A stretch of 64,000 bases of DNA. Source: Isurus oxyrinchus. Lineage: Eukaryota. Positions 38,091-50,631 of the stretch are shown here, piece by piece. The DNA is taken from positions 1,426,001 to 1,490,000 of the forward strand of contig JANJGN010000071.1 in the NCBI GenBank assembly GCA_026770705.1, given 5' to 3'. Position 1 is the first letter of the stretch. Each line of letters opens with the position of its first letter. The notes beneath the pieces were generated by a model. It was not told the origin of the DNA and did no database searches. It saw only the letters and a list, made by a program, of their open reading frames with translations. Position numbers and translations under genes: made by a program.

Positions 38091-38279
38091 CATTTCTAAC
38101 CAGATTCTGCATAGATTACAGAAAGGTTAATGCAGCAATAAAACCAGATTCCTACCCAAACCCCCGTTTAGAAGATGGTATTGACGAGGTTGGCAGTGCC
38201 ATGTTCCTTACTGAGATAAATTTGTTGGTAGTGGGGGGTGTTCGTGACCATCAGTGTGGAAGGGTTAGGTTTACAGGTT

Positions 38280-38655
38280 ACACAGACCAGACACACACCA
38301 ACAGACACACACACACATGTAAGCACGCACATTCACACGCACACGCGCACACACACAACACACACACGCACACACGCACACGCACATACGCACACACGTA
38401 AGCACGCACATNNNNNNNNNNNNNNNNNNNNNNNNNNNNNNNNNNNNNNNNNNNNNNNNNNNNNNNNNNNNNNNNNNNNNNNNNNNNNNNNNNNNNNNNN
38501 NNNNNNNNNNNNNNNNNNNNNNNNNNNNNNNNNNNNNNNNNNNNNNNNNNNNNNNGTGCAGAAACACAAACACACACACACACACACACACACATACACA
38601 CACACAAGCACACTCACTTGTGCAGAAACACAAACACACACACATACACACATGT
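38280..38655. other. CA microsatellite flanking a 144-N assembly gap (38412-38555)
   Basis: Run of N with (CA)n-rich flanks. Confidence 0.95.
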
Positions 38656-39085
38656 AAGCTCCCTCTCCTCACTCAGTGCTGCACTGGAGTCTCGGTGTCA
38701 GCTCCGATTCTTTGTTGAAGGAAGGTAAACTCCAGATCAACAAGACCCTGTATTGGATGAGCAACCTCCTGAACAGAGAATTGTAGATTTACCATTCAGT
38801 GCTCCATCGATTAAATACAATTCATTGCCTGTCAAGCCCTTGGGGACATTCTGAGGATGTGAAAGGCAGTTTCTTTAAATCTGGATGGGCAGGGTCTCTG
38901 GTGGGAGAATGCTCCTGCAGTGTGACAGTTTACATAGGCAGTGCCCATTGTAAATGTGACATAGGAACTTATCTTGAGAGAAGGTGCCTAGAAATGCACA
39001 CAGGCATCAGTTACAGTGAGATGATACGGGAAGTTTTGCTGTGCACTGTGTTTGCTCACATTAAAATCTTTATATATATTTTTAG

Positions 39086-39367
39086 ATGGACCACAGAATC
39101 TCTCAATTACTTCTCTTGATGTGATTAACGCTTCATCGGTCAATATAATTGAGGAGAATTCTGCAGTGATAATCTGCTCTGTCGAGAGCTTCCCAGCTTC
39201 TAACCTGACGTGGCGACATCTTAATGTCCCAATGAACAGAACAAGTTCCAACAATGAGCTGTGGTTGGTGATTCCTCACGTTACATCCAGGGACACTGGA
39301 GACTATCAGTGTGTGGCAGAGAATGAACATGGAGCAGTGGAGGGGTTCATAACCATCACTGTGGAAC
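39086..39367 (+). CDS. Gene C C2-set exon D3a
   Basis: 282 nt, tttag/gtgagt; (Y)GPQNLSITSLDV..YQCVAENEHG..TVE. Confidence 0.85.
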
Positions 39368-40327
39368 GTGAGTTAAAGCAAACTTCAACATCACTCTCAC
39401 ATATTCACACACACACACATACACATACACACATGCATACAAACAAGCATTCATGTGCAATCCCACATGTGCACAGGTGTGCACGCCTGTATGCTTACAC
39501 ACAGAAGCATACATACAGAATCACACGTGTGCTTGCTCACACACACACCGACATGTGTGTGTTGTCTGTTCTCCCTGTGCTGCACTGGAGCGTTGCTCCA
39601 GATTCTGCTCTGAAACACTGACGACATCAGCTGAACAAGACCCTGTATTGGACGAGCAGCCCCCTGCACAGAGAATTGTAGGTTTATCACTCAATACCCC
39701 ATTATTCTAAAGCAATTCCTCCGCTGTCAAATCCCTGTGAACATCCTGATGATGTGAAAGACATTTTCTTTTCTTCTAGCCTGACAGTGTCTCCTCTGGT
39801 GGAAGGCTGTAATTACAGCGTGACAGTTTACATATCCACATGCAGCAAGAGCTGAGCAACTTTCAGCTTGGGCTGAGAAATGACAAGTAATGTTCATGCC
39901 ACACAAGTACCAGGCAGTGAACATCTCCAACAAGAGGCAATCTAACCATCTCCCCTTGATATTCAATCACTTTACCATTGCTGAATCCCCTACCATCAAC
40001 ATCCTGGAGGATGTTAACAAAACAACTAACTGGACCGGCCATAATAACTGTGGCTTTAGGAGCAGGTCAGAAGCTGGGAAATCTGTTGGGGTGAAAAACT
40101 CACCACCAGCTTCTCAAGGACAATTAGGGATGGGTAATACATGTTGGCCTAACCAGTGACACCCACTTCCCATGAATGTCCCTAAAGAAACACACCAGCC
40201 GTGACCATTATAGATGTTGACATAGTAACTTATAATGGGTAAGATACCTTGAAATGAAAGCAGATACCAGATAGAGAGAAATGAAGCGTGGAGCCTTGTT
40301 CACAATGAAATCTTTATATGTTTTCAG

Positions 40328-40609
40328 ATGCACCACGGAATCTCTCAATTACTTCTCTTGATATGATTAACGCTTCATCGATCAATATAATTGAGGGGAA
40401 TTCTGCAGTGATAATCTGCTCTGTCGAGAGCTTCCCAGCTTCTAACCTGACGTGGCGACATCTTAATGTCCCAATGAACAGAACAAGTTCCAACAATGAG
40501 CTGTGGTTGGTGATTCCTCACGTTACATCCAGGGACACTGGAGACTATCAGTGTGTGGCAGAGAATGAACATGGAGCAGTGGAGGGTTTCATAACCATCA
40601 CTGTGGAAT
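40328..40609 (+). CDS. Gene C C2-set exon D3b
   Basis: 282 nt, ttcag/gtgagt; near-identical to D3a. Confidence 0.85.
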
Positions 40610-41594
40610 GTGAGTTAAAGCAAACTTCAACATCACTCACATACACACACATATACACACACACACATACACACACACACACACACATGCATACAAACAA
40701 GCATTCATGTGCAATCCCACATGTGCACAGGTGTGCACGCCTGCATGCTCACACACACAGAAGCATACATACAGAATCACACATGTGCTTGCTCACACAC
40801 ACACCGACATGTGTGAGTTGTCTGTTCTCCCTGTGCTGCACTGGAGTGTTGCTCCAGATTCTGCTCTGAAACACTGACAATATCAGCTGAACAAGACCCT
40901 GTATTGGACGAGCAGTCACCTGCACAGAGAATTGTAGGTTTATCACTCAATACCCCATTATTCTAAAGCAATTCCTCCACTGTCAAATCCCTGTGAACCT
41001 CCTGATGATGTGAAAGACATTTTGTTTTCTTCTAGCCTGACAGTGTCTCCTCTGGTGGAAGGCTGTAATTACAGCGTGACAGTTTACATATCCACATGCA
41101 GCAAGAGCTGAATAACACTCAGCTTGGGCTGAGAAATGAGAATTAATGCATCACAAGTAGCAGGCAGTGATCATGTCCAACAAGAGAGAATCTAACCATC
41201 TCCCCTTGATGTTCAGTGAGTTTACTATCACTGAATCCCCCACAATCAACATCCTGGGGGATGTTAACCAAACACCGAACTGGACTGGCCATAAATACTG
41301 TGGCTACAGGAGCCGGTCAGAGGCTGGGAATTCTGTGGGGGTGAAAAACTCACCACCACCTCCTCAAGGGCAATTAGGGATGGGTAATAAATGCTGGTCT
41401 AGATAGATACAGCCACTTCCCATGAATATGCAAAAAGGAACACACTGGCAGTGTCTGTTACAAATGGTGACATAGAAACTTATAATGGAGAAAGAAGCCT
41501 TGACATGCACATAGACACCAGATGGAGAGAGATGATACCTGGAGTCTTGCTGTGCACTGTGTTTGCTCACAATGAAACCTTTATTTGTTTTTAG

Positions 41595-41876
41595 ATGCAC
41601 CACAGAATCTCTCAATTAATTCTCTTGATATGATTAACGCTTCATCGATCAATATAATTGAGGAGAATTCTGCAGTGATAATCTGCTCTGTCGAGAGCTT
41701 CCCAGCTTCTAACCTGACGTGGCGACATCTTAATGTCCCAATGAACAGAACCAGTTCCAACAATGAGCTGTGGTTGGTGATTCCTCACGTTACATCCAGG
41801 GACACTGGAGACTATCAGTGTGTGGCAGAGAATGAACATGGAGCAGTGGAGGGGTTCATAACCATCACTGTGGAAT
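41595..41876 (+). CDS. Gene C C2-set exon D3c
   Basis: 282 nt, tttag/gtgagt; near-identical to D3a and D3b. Confidence 0.85.
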
Positions 41877-41904
41877 GTGAGTTACACAGAGTTGAACGTT
41901 CTCT

Positions 41905-42950
41905 TGTTATTAGCTCATGGGATATGGGCATTGTTGACAAGGCCAGAAATTATTGCCCATCTGTAACTCCCCTTGAGAAGGTGGTGGTGAGCTGCCTTCT
42001 TTAACCACTGCAGTCCATGTGGTGTAGGTACACCCACAGTGCTGTTAGGGAGGGAGTTCCATGATTTTGACCCAGCGACGGTGAAGGAACGGCCGATATA
42101 GTTCCAAGTCTCATAGAAGATCAACACCTCAAGTTCACCTCCAAGTCACACACCACACTGACTTGGAACTGTCTTGGTGGAAGAGGTTAAGGGTTTGGAA
42201 GGTGCTGTCGAAGGAGCCTGGGTGAGTTGCTGCAGCGCATCATGTAGATGGTGCACACTGCTGCCACTGTGTGCCAGTGGTGGAGGGTATGAATGTTTAT
42301 GCTGGTGGATGGGCTGTCGATCAAACAAGCTGCTCCTGAATGGTGTTGAGGTTCTTGAGTGTTGTTGGAGCTGCACTTATTCAGGCAATTGGAGATTATT
42401 CCATCACACTCCTGACTTGTGCCTTGTCGATGGTGGACAGGCTTTGGGGAGTCAGGAGGTGAGTTACTCACTGCAGAGTTCCCAGCCTCTGACCCGCTCT
42501 TGTAGCCACATTATTTCCTGTTGCCGGGTTGTTGCCAGGGCCAATAGCATTTGCTGTATCCAGTATCATCAGCTGATTCCTGATGTCACGTGGAGTCAAT
42601 CGAATTGTCTGAAAGCTGACATCTGTGATGCTGGGACCCTCTGGAGGAGGCCGAGATGGAGCATCCACTCAGCACTTCTGGCTGAACATGGTTGCCAATG
42701 CTTCAGCCTTGTCGTTTGCACTGATGTGCTGAGCTCCCCCATCATTAAGGATGGGGATATTTGTGGAACATCCTCCTCCTGTTAGATCTTTAACTGTCCA
42801 TCACCATTCATGACTGGATGTGGCAGGACTGCAGAGCTTAGATCTGACCCGTTGGTTGTGGGATCGCTTTGCTCTGTCTATAGCATGTTGTTTCCGCTGT
42901 TTGGTGTGTATGTAGTCCTGTGTGTCACCTCAGCAGCTTGGCACCTCTGT
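41905..42950 (-). mobile_element. Degenerate CR1-clade LINE fragment
   Basis: Minus-strand SITDVSFQTIRLTPRDI..LDTANAIGPG and 3' WNSLPNSTVGVPTPHGLQW; smaller pieces of the same family at ~39840-40170 and ~41100-41430. Confidence 0.65.
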
Positions 42951-43139
42951 TATATGTGAATCCTCCTTATAGAAACCTGCATGTACATGGATATTATCAA
43001 TAAATATTACATAGATAAATGTTATTTGTATAGACCTTTCATGCATAGACAATATCACTTCACAAGTTCAGAATTACTACATGTACATAGGGAACCATTC
43101 TCAAACTGTACCGGAGTCATTCATTGGCTGATTTTACAG

Positions 43140-43236
43140 GGCGAGATTCCAATGAATGGAAAGCAGGATTGCTTGGAGCTGGAATCTGTTTGAGTGTTGG
43201 ACTGAGTGGATTCTTCATCTTCAAGTGTGTGAGAAA
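43140..43236 (+). CDS. Gene C transmembrane exon (uncharged TM)
   Basis: Acceptor attttacag, donor gtaagt; phase 1-2; WRDSNEWKAGLLGAGICLSVGLSGFFIFKCVR; in frame with D3c; frame not shown in the ORF track. Confidence 0.8.
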
Positions 43237-43996
43237 GTAAGTGTGAAGGTTTAATTGGTTGTTTTTGAACATGTTTTCTTCAACCTTCTCTCCGTATAGA
43301 AAGAACTTGCATTTCTATAGCACCTTTCACAACCCAAAACCCTCCACAACCCCTGAAGAGCTTTGATGTTCACTCACTGTTTAACATCTCATCCAACACT
43401 CAATGTTTCACAACTCAGTCCTGTAACAGGCAGTGTTGACCTGGACCATAAAATACCTTGTGACTTCCTGAGGATGTGAAAGGGGATATATAAATGAAGA
43501 CATTTCTTTTGTTAGTGAATGCAATCTCTTTCCATTTTCAGTGTCTAGCTCACTCTCCCTCTTATCTCCACTAATAACCTCCTTCTCATTCTCTCTCTCA
43601 TTCACTCTCTCTCCAATCTCCACTAATGCTCTCCTTCTCATTCTCTCTCTCATTCACTCTCTCTCCAAACTCCACTAATGCTCTCCTTCTCATTCTCTCT
43701 CTCGTCCTCTTACACGTTGTTCAGTCTCTCACACATTTTAAACGGGCGCTGAGCAACATCTGTTCCTTCAGAAGATCCACCTCAACACCTGGAGTGAGCA
43801 GTGAATTGAAACTCACTCAACGACAGCTCAGCTTTACACAGGAATTACGTCACAGAGTCAGGACACAAAGGGTTAACAGTTTGCTTACAACACAACACTA
43901 AGGCCCTACGTTTCAATGAAAGGGTTTTCACAATTGTTCCCCAATTCCTGATTTGACTCACAGAGACACATCAACCCTTTCTCATTAAATACACAG

Positions 43997-44081
43997 AGGG
44001 AGCAGCACAGGAAGAGGTCATTCAGCCCAAGCAGAGCGTGTGGGCAGTTCCTCCCCAGGCGAGCAGTCGGACAGGTCCTGG
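43997..44081 (+). other. Copy of exon-1 module inside gene C tail region; candidate phase 2-0 cytoplasmic exon
   Basis: 85 nt between acacag and gtaagt; reads KGSSTGRGHSAQAERVGSSSPGEQSDRSW in frame with the TM exon and the next exon; homology to promoter/exon 1/intron 1 spans ~43840-44247. Confidence 0.5.
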
Positions 44082-44592
44082 GTAAGTAACGGAACGATTG
44101 GAATTCACTTCCACCACCAACACCGTCCTTTGTTGATGTTGTGACTTTATAAAGACAGATTCCAATGATTGATGCCTTTGAAAGATTTCTACTGATTATT
44201 GAGATCTGGGTGTGAGACTCAAGTCTGTTGTACAGAACATCTTTCTGGTTAAATTATGCAGACAGGTTACACACAGTCTACCATTATATCCCATCGGGTC
44301 TAGAAGATTAAGGAGTGATGTAACTGAGGGGTTCAAACTGATTAAACACTCGATAGGGTCGATAGAGAGAAGCTATTCCCTCGGGTGGGGGTGGTTGGTG
44401 GGTGTCGGGTGGAGTCCAGAACAAGGGGGCCGGAACTTCAGATTGGAGCCAGGCCGTTCAGGGGTGATGTCAGGAAGCACTTCTTCACACAAAGGGGAGT
44501 GGAAATCTGGAACTCTCTCCCCAATAATCAAACCCAACACCGAATACACATCATGTTGATTGTCACTCTGTCCATTTCCATCTCTATTACAG

Positions 44593-44697
44593 AAGAGAGG
44601 CGAGGGGAAAGCAGGAATCAAATCGAACCATCATGTTGATGAATATCGAGGTCCTGTTTATGAAAACTGTGAGCATGGTTGGGCTTTGAGGAATCAG
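44593..44697 (+). CDS. Gene C cytoplasmic exon with YENC motif
   Basis: 105 nt, ctattacag/gtgagt, phase 0-0; KRGEGKAGIKSNHHVDEYRGPVYENCEHGWALRNQ. Confidence 0.75.
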
Positions 44698-44832
44698 GTG
44701 AGTCACACACCACAGGATCCCCAGCCTCTCAGCTGCTCCAGTAGCCTGGTTATTGATATGGCTGCTCCAGTCCTGTATCTGCAACGTTTTATACAGTCAC
44801 TCCCAAACCCAACCAAACTCACAGCCAACACC

Positions 44833-45134
44833 GTTCAGAATCAATAATCAAAACCTGTTCAGTATCAATAATCAAACCCCGTTCAGAATCAATAATCAAA
44901 CCCCGTTCAGTTTCAATAATCAAACCCCATTCAGAATCAATAATCAATCCCCATTCAGTATCAATAATCAAACCCTGTTCAGATTCAATAATCAAACTCC
45001 GTTCAGTATCAATAATCAAACCCCGTTCAGAATCAATAATCAATCCCCATTCAGTATCAATAATCAAACTCCGTTCATTATCAATAATCAAACACCGTTC
45101 AGTATCAATAATCAAACCCTGTTCAGTATCAATA
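44833..45134. repeat. 21-bp minisatellite (GTTCAGWATCAATAATCAAACCC)
   Basis: ~14 units; spurious INNQTPF ORF. Confidence 0.9.
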
Positions 45135-45234
45135 ATTAATGTATGTATTGTGGGTGGAATTTTCGATTTGGATCAATAATACTAAACACTGATCACTCTG
45201 AATGTCACTCTGATCATTTCTGTTTCTATTACAG

Positions 45235-45351
45235 AAGAAAGATGAGAAGGATCTGGAAATGAAATCTAACCGCGGAGTCAATCCTGATACAGATGATGAT
45301 CTTTACGCAAACTGTGATTTTGCCAAGGATTCTGTTTATGGGAATTTATAA
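45235..45351 (+). CDS. Gene C terminal exon with LYANC and ITIM-like SVYGNL
   Basis: 117 nt to TAA; KKDEKDLEMKSNRGVNPDTDDDLYANCDFAKDSVYGNL*; SVYGNL fits [ILVS]xYxx[LV]. Confidence 0.8.
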   Translation, partial: KKDEKDLEMKSNRGVNPDTDDDLYANCDFAKDSVYGNL

Positions 45352-46684
45352 ACTGAGCAAGAATGAGACACACACAGTGTGGGGAGAATACAGAACGGGA
45401 GAATCAATCAAAACTCCAATTTACCTTCCTAATATCCACAGGAACTCACTCCCAGGAAATAGATTTAAACCTCTTGTTACAATCTGATGGAATTTCTTTG
45501 GAATGATCTATCCAGGATGATTGTCTGTGGGTTTCAATTTGAACATCCTCCTTCAGAATTGTCCCTCCCTGTTGGAAACATCCTTCTCTCCATTCTGATT
45601 GTAAATGTCTTTAGATATCGTTCGATGATGTACCAGGACAGAACGGACAAATTCAATCCCGTGTCCTTGATTATGAGTTAATTTTCATTCTGTTATTCAC
45701 CTTCCTGTCTGTCAGTGTTTACAGAATATTCATCAGCCAGTGTAGATTTCAGGAAATGCAGGATCGGTGGATAATTGGAGCAGAGGAGATTGGTAAAATT
45801 TACTCAGCATTTTGTAGTCAAATGTATTTTCAGATATATATTTGGATTTTACACTTCATCGTTAAAGAGCAAAACTAACAGCAATCCCGGAAACAGGGAA
45901 ACAATTTGATTGGAGATTTGAGAAATTCTCTGCAGTTCAGAGGATAACAGATGTGATACAGTGCCACCACTGGTGGCAGGACATCATTTCAGCGTGACAT
46001 GTTTACATTGATGTTGCCAATGAACATAGGAAATTATGATGTGAAAAATTGGTTGCAGGTTTAACTTCTTCAATATGTCATGGATGGATGAGACAGCTTT
46101 GACAACAGAATGAGATATAGCTGCAATAAACCATCATTTTAGTCTTTCACACTTGGAGAGTACAATGAGCATCCATCCTGAAGGCTGAGTGGATGGGTGG
46201 ACTGTGCGATGTGTTACAGATCACAGAGACCAACATCCTTGATCCTGGTTCTGCTCTGTGTTTGATGAGATACTTGGATAAAAGATTGGGAAAATAAATA
46301 ATCCTCCGGCATTAACCTGTAACTGGTCTCTCCTTCTGTCAATGTCCTGAGGACAGAATTGGGTTCGAGGTCCAAAATCAGACATTCTTTGACTGCCCAT
46401 TGAATAGGAACAGGAGGAGGCCATTCAGCCTCCTCGAACCTGCTACACAGGAACAAGAGAGCACCTGATACAAAAACAGAAAATGCTGGAGAAACTGAGT
46501 AGGTCTGGCAGCATCTGTGCAGAGATAAACAGAAATAACATTTCGAGTCCGTATGACCCTTCTTCAGAGTCTATAAGCAAGAAGTCTGTTTCTCTCTCCA
46601 CAGCTGCTACCAGACCTGCTGAGTTAATGCAGCATTTTCTGTTTTTATTTCAGATTTACAGCATCTGCAGTATTTATTTTTAAT

Positions 46685-47960
46685 GACAGGAGGACATTCA
46701 GCCTCTTGATCCTGTTACACAGGAACAGGAGGAGGCCATTCAGCCCCTCGAGCCTGTTACACAGGAACAGGAGGAGGCCCATTCAGCCCCTCGAGCCTGT
46801 TACACAGGAACAGGAGGAGGCCCATTCAGCCCCCTCGAGCCTGTTACACAGGAACAGGAAGAGGCCCATTCAGCCTCTTGATCCTGTTACACAGGAACAG
46901 CAGGAGGCCATTCAGCCCCCTCGAACCTGTTACACAGGAACAGGAGGAGGCCCATTCATTCCCTCGAGCCTGTTACACAGGAACAGGAGGAGGCCCATTC
47001 AGCCCCCTCGAGCTTGTTACACAGGAACAGGAGGAGGCCCATTCATTCCCTCAAGCCTGTTACACAGGAACAGGAGGAGGACCATTCAGCCACTCAAGCC
47101 TGTTACATGAGGACAGGAGAAAGCCCATCAGCCTCTTGAGCCTATTATACAGGAACAGGAAAAGGACATTCAGTCCCTCAACACCCTTCCACAGGAACAG
47201 GAGAGAGTCTCAGCTCCTCGAGCCTGTTACCCAGGAACAGGAAGAGGACATTCAGTCTCTCAACCCACTTACACAGGAATAGGAAACCCATTCAGTCCCT
47301 CGTGCCTGTTACACAGGAAAAGGAGGAGGCCCATTCTGTTCCCTCGAGCCTGTTACACAGGAACAGGAGGAGGCCCATTCTGTCCCCTTGAGCCTGTTAC
47401 ACAGGTACAGGAGACCCATTCAGCCTCCACAAGCTTGTTACACAGGAACATTAGGGGCTCCATTTAGCCCCATCAAGCCTGTTACACAGGAACAGGAGGA
47501 GGCCCATTCAGCCACTCAAGCCTGTTAGATAGGAACAGGTGGAGGCCCATTCAGCCCCATGATGCTGTTACACAGGAACAGGAGGAGGCCCATTCTGTCC
47601 CCTTGAATCTGTTACACAGGAACAGGAGGTGGCCCATTCAGACCATCTAACCTGTAACACAGGAAAACAAGGAGATCCATTCAGCCTCTTGAGCCTGTTA
47701 CACAGGAACAGGAGGAGGCCTATTCGGACACTCGAGCCTGTTACACAAGGACAGGGGGAGGGCATTCAGCACCTGGAGCCTGTTACACAGGAACAGGAGG
47801 AGGCACATTCAGCCCTGCCAAAGACTGTTACACAGGAACAGGGGGAGGCTTAATCAGCCACACAATCATGTCACACTGGAACAGGAGGAGGCCCATTTAG
47901 ACCCCTCGAGCCTGTTACACAGGAACAGGAGGAGGCCCATTCAAACCCTCGAGCTTGTTG
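46685..47960. repeat. ~41-bp minisatellite (duplicate of 13420-14750, about one unit shorter)
   Basis: Same unit; duplication offset shifts from 33263 to 33218. Confidence 0.9.
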
Positions 47961-48064
47961 CATATGAACAGTCGATGGCCCTTCAACCACATTATTGGCA
48001 CGCAAAGGGTTAACAGTTTTCTAACAGTGCGAGGCAAAGAGTTGCTTTCTCACTTGGTACCAAG

Positions 48065-48205
48065 CACTTCCTCATTTTGACTCACAGTGACACATGCACC
48101 CTTTTTAATTAAACACAAATAGGGAGCAGCACAGGAAGAGGTCATTCAGCCCAAGCAGAGCGTGTGGGCAGTTCCTCCCCAGGCGAGCAGTCGGACAGGT
48201 CCTGG
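48065..48205 (+). promoter_or_regulatory. Gene B' promoter (PU.1 + AP-1) and non-coding exon 1
   Basis: CACTTCCTCATTTTGACTCA; donor at 48205/48206. Confidence 0.65.
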
Positions 48206-48655
48206 GTAAGTAACGGAACGATTGGAATTCACTTCCACCACCAACACCGTCCTTTGTTGATGTTGTGACTTTATAAAGACAGATTCCAATGATTGATGCC
48301 TTTGAAAGATTTTTACTGATTATTGAATTCTGGGTGTGAGACTCAAGTCTGTTGTACAGAACATCTTTCTAGCTCAATGGATGAGGGAAGTGCAGGGACA
48401 TGAGATTTGGGATGTCCTGAGATAGTGAAAGGTGCTATAGAAATGCAAATCAATCATTGTTTGTCTTACTTAAAGACTTGTAACTCTCTGCAGAGCACCT
48501 ATCATCCCACAGAGAATCAAATTAGTCTGTGAAGACATTGTCTAAAAGCAGTTCTGATCTCTCGAGAGCTGTCGGACAAGAGGTGAGGTCTCATTAACTC
48601 CTTTCTCTTTCACAGTTTGAGAGTGAGAAGTGGATGGAATATCTGGGAGTGGACG

Positions 48656-48695
48656 ATGGTCGGGAAATCTTATTTCATCCTGTCACTTCTCCAAG
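48656..48695 (+). CDS. Gene B' signal-peptide exon MVGKSYFILSLLQ
   Basis: ATG at 48656, 40 nt, donor gtaata. Confidence 0.75.
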
Positions 48696-49398
48696 GTAAT
48701 ATCATCATCAGCTCGGACAGATTTATGGTTAATATTCTTTGTAAAAGATCATTCTTATCTCTTTATCTCTGTAACCTCCTGCAACTCACCCAAACAACTT
48801 CCCAGATCTCTGTGTTACTCCAATTCCGGCCTCTTGACCATCCCCCGATTCCCATCACTCCAATACTGGCGGCCGGGCCTTCAGCTGCCTGGGGCCTGAG
48901 CTCTGGAATTCACTCCCTAAACCTCGGGGATGGAGGAGATCAGAGGGTTTCATTTTACTGCAAATCACCACGGCCACATCACAGCTGCAGTGAGAATAGA
49001 CAGAGGGTCCAGCCCTCGCACTTCCTGCACAGTTTCACCATAGCAACCACAATATGGAAATTTAAAAATACTGAAAGTTAAACTGAAGCTCAAACCAGTC
49101 AGTGTAGAGAGATGAGATGTTTACACAGTTTCCCTGTGTATCTTGTAGACACTGTGTTGGGTGGAAGACTGGCTTCACTAAACAGGGTCCTGAGGACCAT
49201 GAGCCAATGTAGAATGAACTTGTCCACTCCAGTGTCCAGGATTCTCTTCCCTCCGTTGTGAAACCTTGGGGAGTTCCTTGTGTGTCCTGTAGATGGTCCA
49301 CACTGCAGCCACTGTGCCCCAGTGATGGAGGGAGTGGATATCGAGTCTAGTGGATCTACAAACTATCCAGAGTTAAATATTGATATTTCTCTCCCCAG

Positions 49399-49773
49399 TT
49401 GGACTGTCACAAGATTGAAAAGGCGACACTTCACGAGAGGTGACAGCGCAGGATGGTTCGTGTGTACAGATTCCATGTCATTACAGTTACTTATCAAATT
49501 TCATAGGGAGATCACGTGTCGGAATCTGCTTGAAAGGAATAGATGGGAACCCACAGCCGAAATGGTCTATAGCCTTTCATTCCGAGGGTCACAGTCACAG
49601 GGATCAAAGATTCCACCATCGGACCCGGCTGTCTGGAGACCTGAAAGATGGCGACTGTTCCCTGATTATAAACAACATCAGACGGGAAGATGCAGGACCT
49701 TATTTTTTCAGAATAGAATTTGACAATGGTCCGAGCCATAACTATTACCCTGTAACCCAGCTTCACGTTTCTG
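49399..49773 (+). pseudogene. Gene B' V-set exon (V5) with premature stop
   Basis: TGA at 49416-49418, the same lesion as V2. Confidence 0.85.
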
Positions 49774-50244
49774 GTAAGTGCTGTGTTATAATTACTCAAC
49801 AATTCACATCCAACACTCAATGGGAAATAACACAAACTGTGACGTTTACATATTAACACAAAACGCAGCTTATTATAACACACTGTCTGATTCTCAATAA
49901 CCTGGTGATAGCTTCCAGTTCAGTCCTAAAGCAACCTCTAATACTCACTTTAATATCAATGATGAAAAGCATTAACTGTATTATCAGGTTACCACTCCCA
50001 TCAATCTCTCCTGTCCTGTTTAAAAGTCTGACGTATCGTTAAAAGAAAGATGTGCATTTCTGCAGCGCAATTTACAACCTCAGGAGGATCCAAATCCCTT
50101 CACAGCCAATGAAATTATTCCTGAATTGTAGTCACAGATGTAAAACACAGCAGGCAGTTTGTGCACAGCAAGATCCAACAAACCACAAGGTGATAAATCA
50201 CCCAGATCACTGAGGAAATGAGAAGCCAGTGAACTCAAACCTCT

Positions 50245-50282
50245 GGTCTGATGAAGAGTCATACGGACTCGAAACGTTAACC
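50245..50282 (+). ncRNA. Minimal hammerhead ribozyme motif (duplicate)
   Basis: ggtCTGATGAaGAGTCatacgGACTCGAAAcgttaacc. Confidence 0.6.
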
Positions 50283-50631
50283 CTGTCTTCCTCTCCACTG
50301 ATACTGTCAGACCTGCTGAGTCTTTCCAGCAATTTTTGTTTTTGTTTCAGATTTCCAGCATCCGCAGTATTCTGCTTTTAACTCCAATCTCTGGTCTGAT
50401 CCTCTTCTCTCATCCAGTGTTCTCAATTCACATGTCTCGGAGTGAACGTGTATTAAGCTGAGAGACAGAAACACTACTGCCAAAGAGCAAGAAAATCTTT
50501 CCTGATCATTGTAACCTCTCAGTTCTGATATCATCCTTGTAAAAGTGCTTTCTCTTGTGGGACTGTGATTTCTATTTGAACTGATGCTTCACGTTATATT
50601 TGTCTAAAAGGATCCATTCTCTGTCTGTTAG

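Noticed and set aside
41877-42004. Gene C as a secreted protein via D3c read-through
   Set aside because: Read-through runs into a LINE fragment, and a phase-compatible TM exon exists at 43140-43236
43540-43710. Hydrophobic ORF 43626 (LLLILSLVLL) as a TM
   Set aside because: Arises from a CT-rich ~50-bp tandem repeat; no suitable splice sites
44753-45139. INNQTPF-repeat ORF
   Set aside because: 21-bp intronic minisatellite
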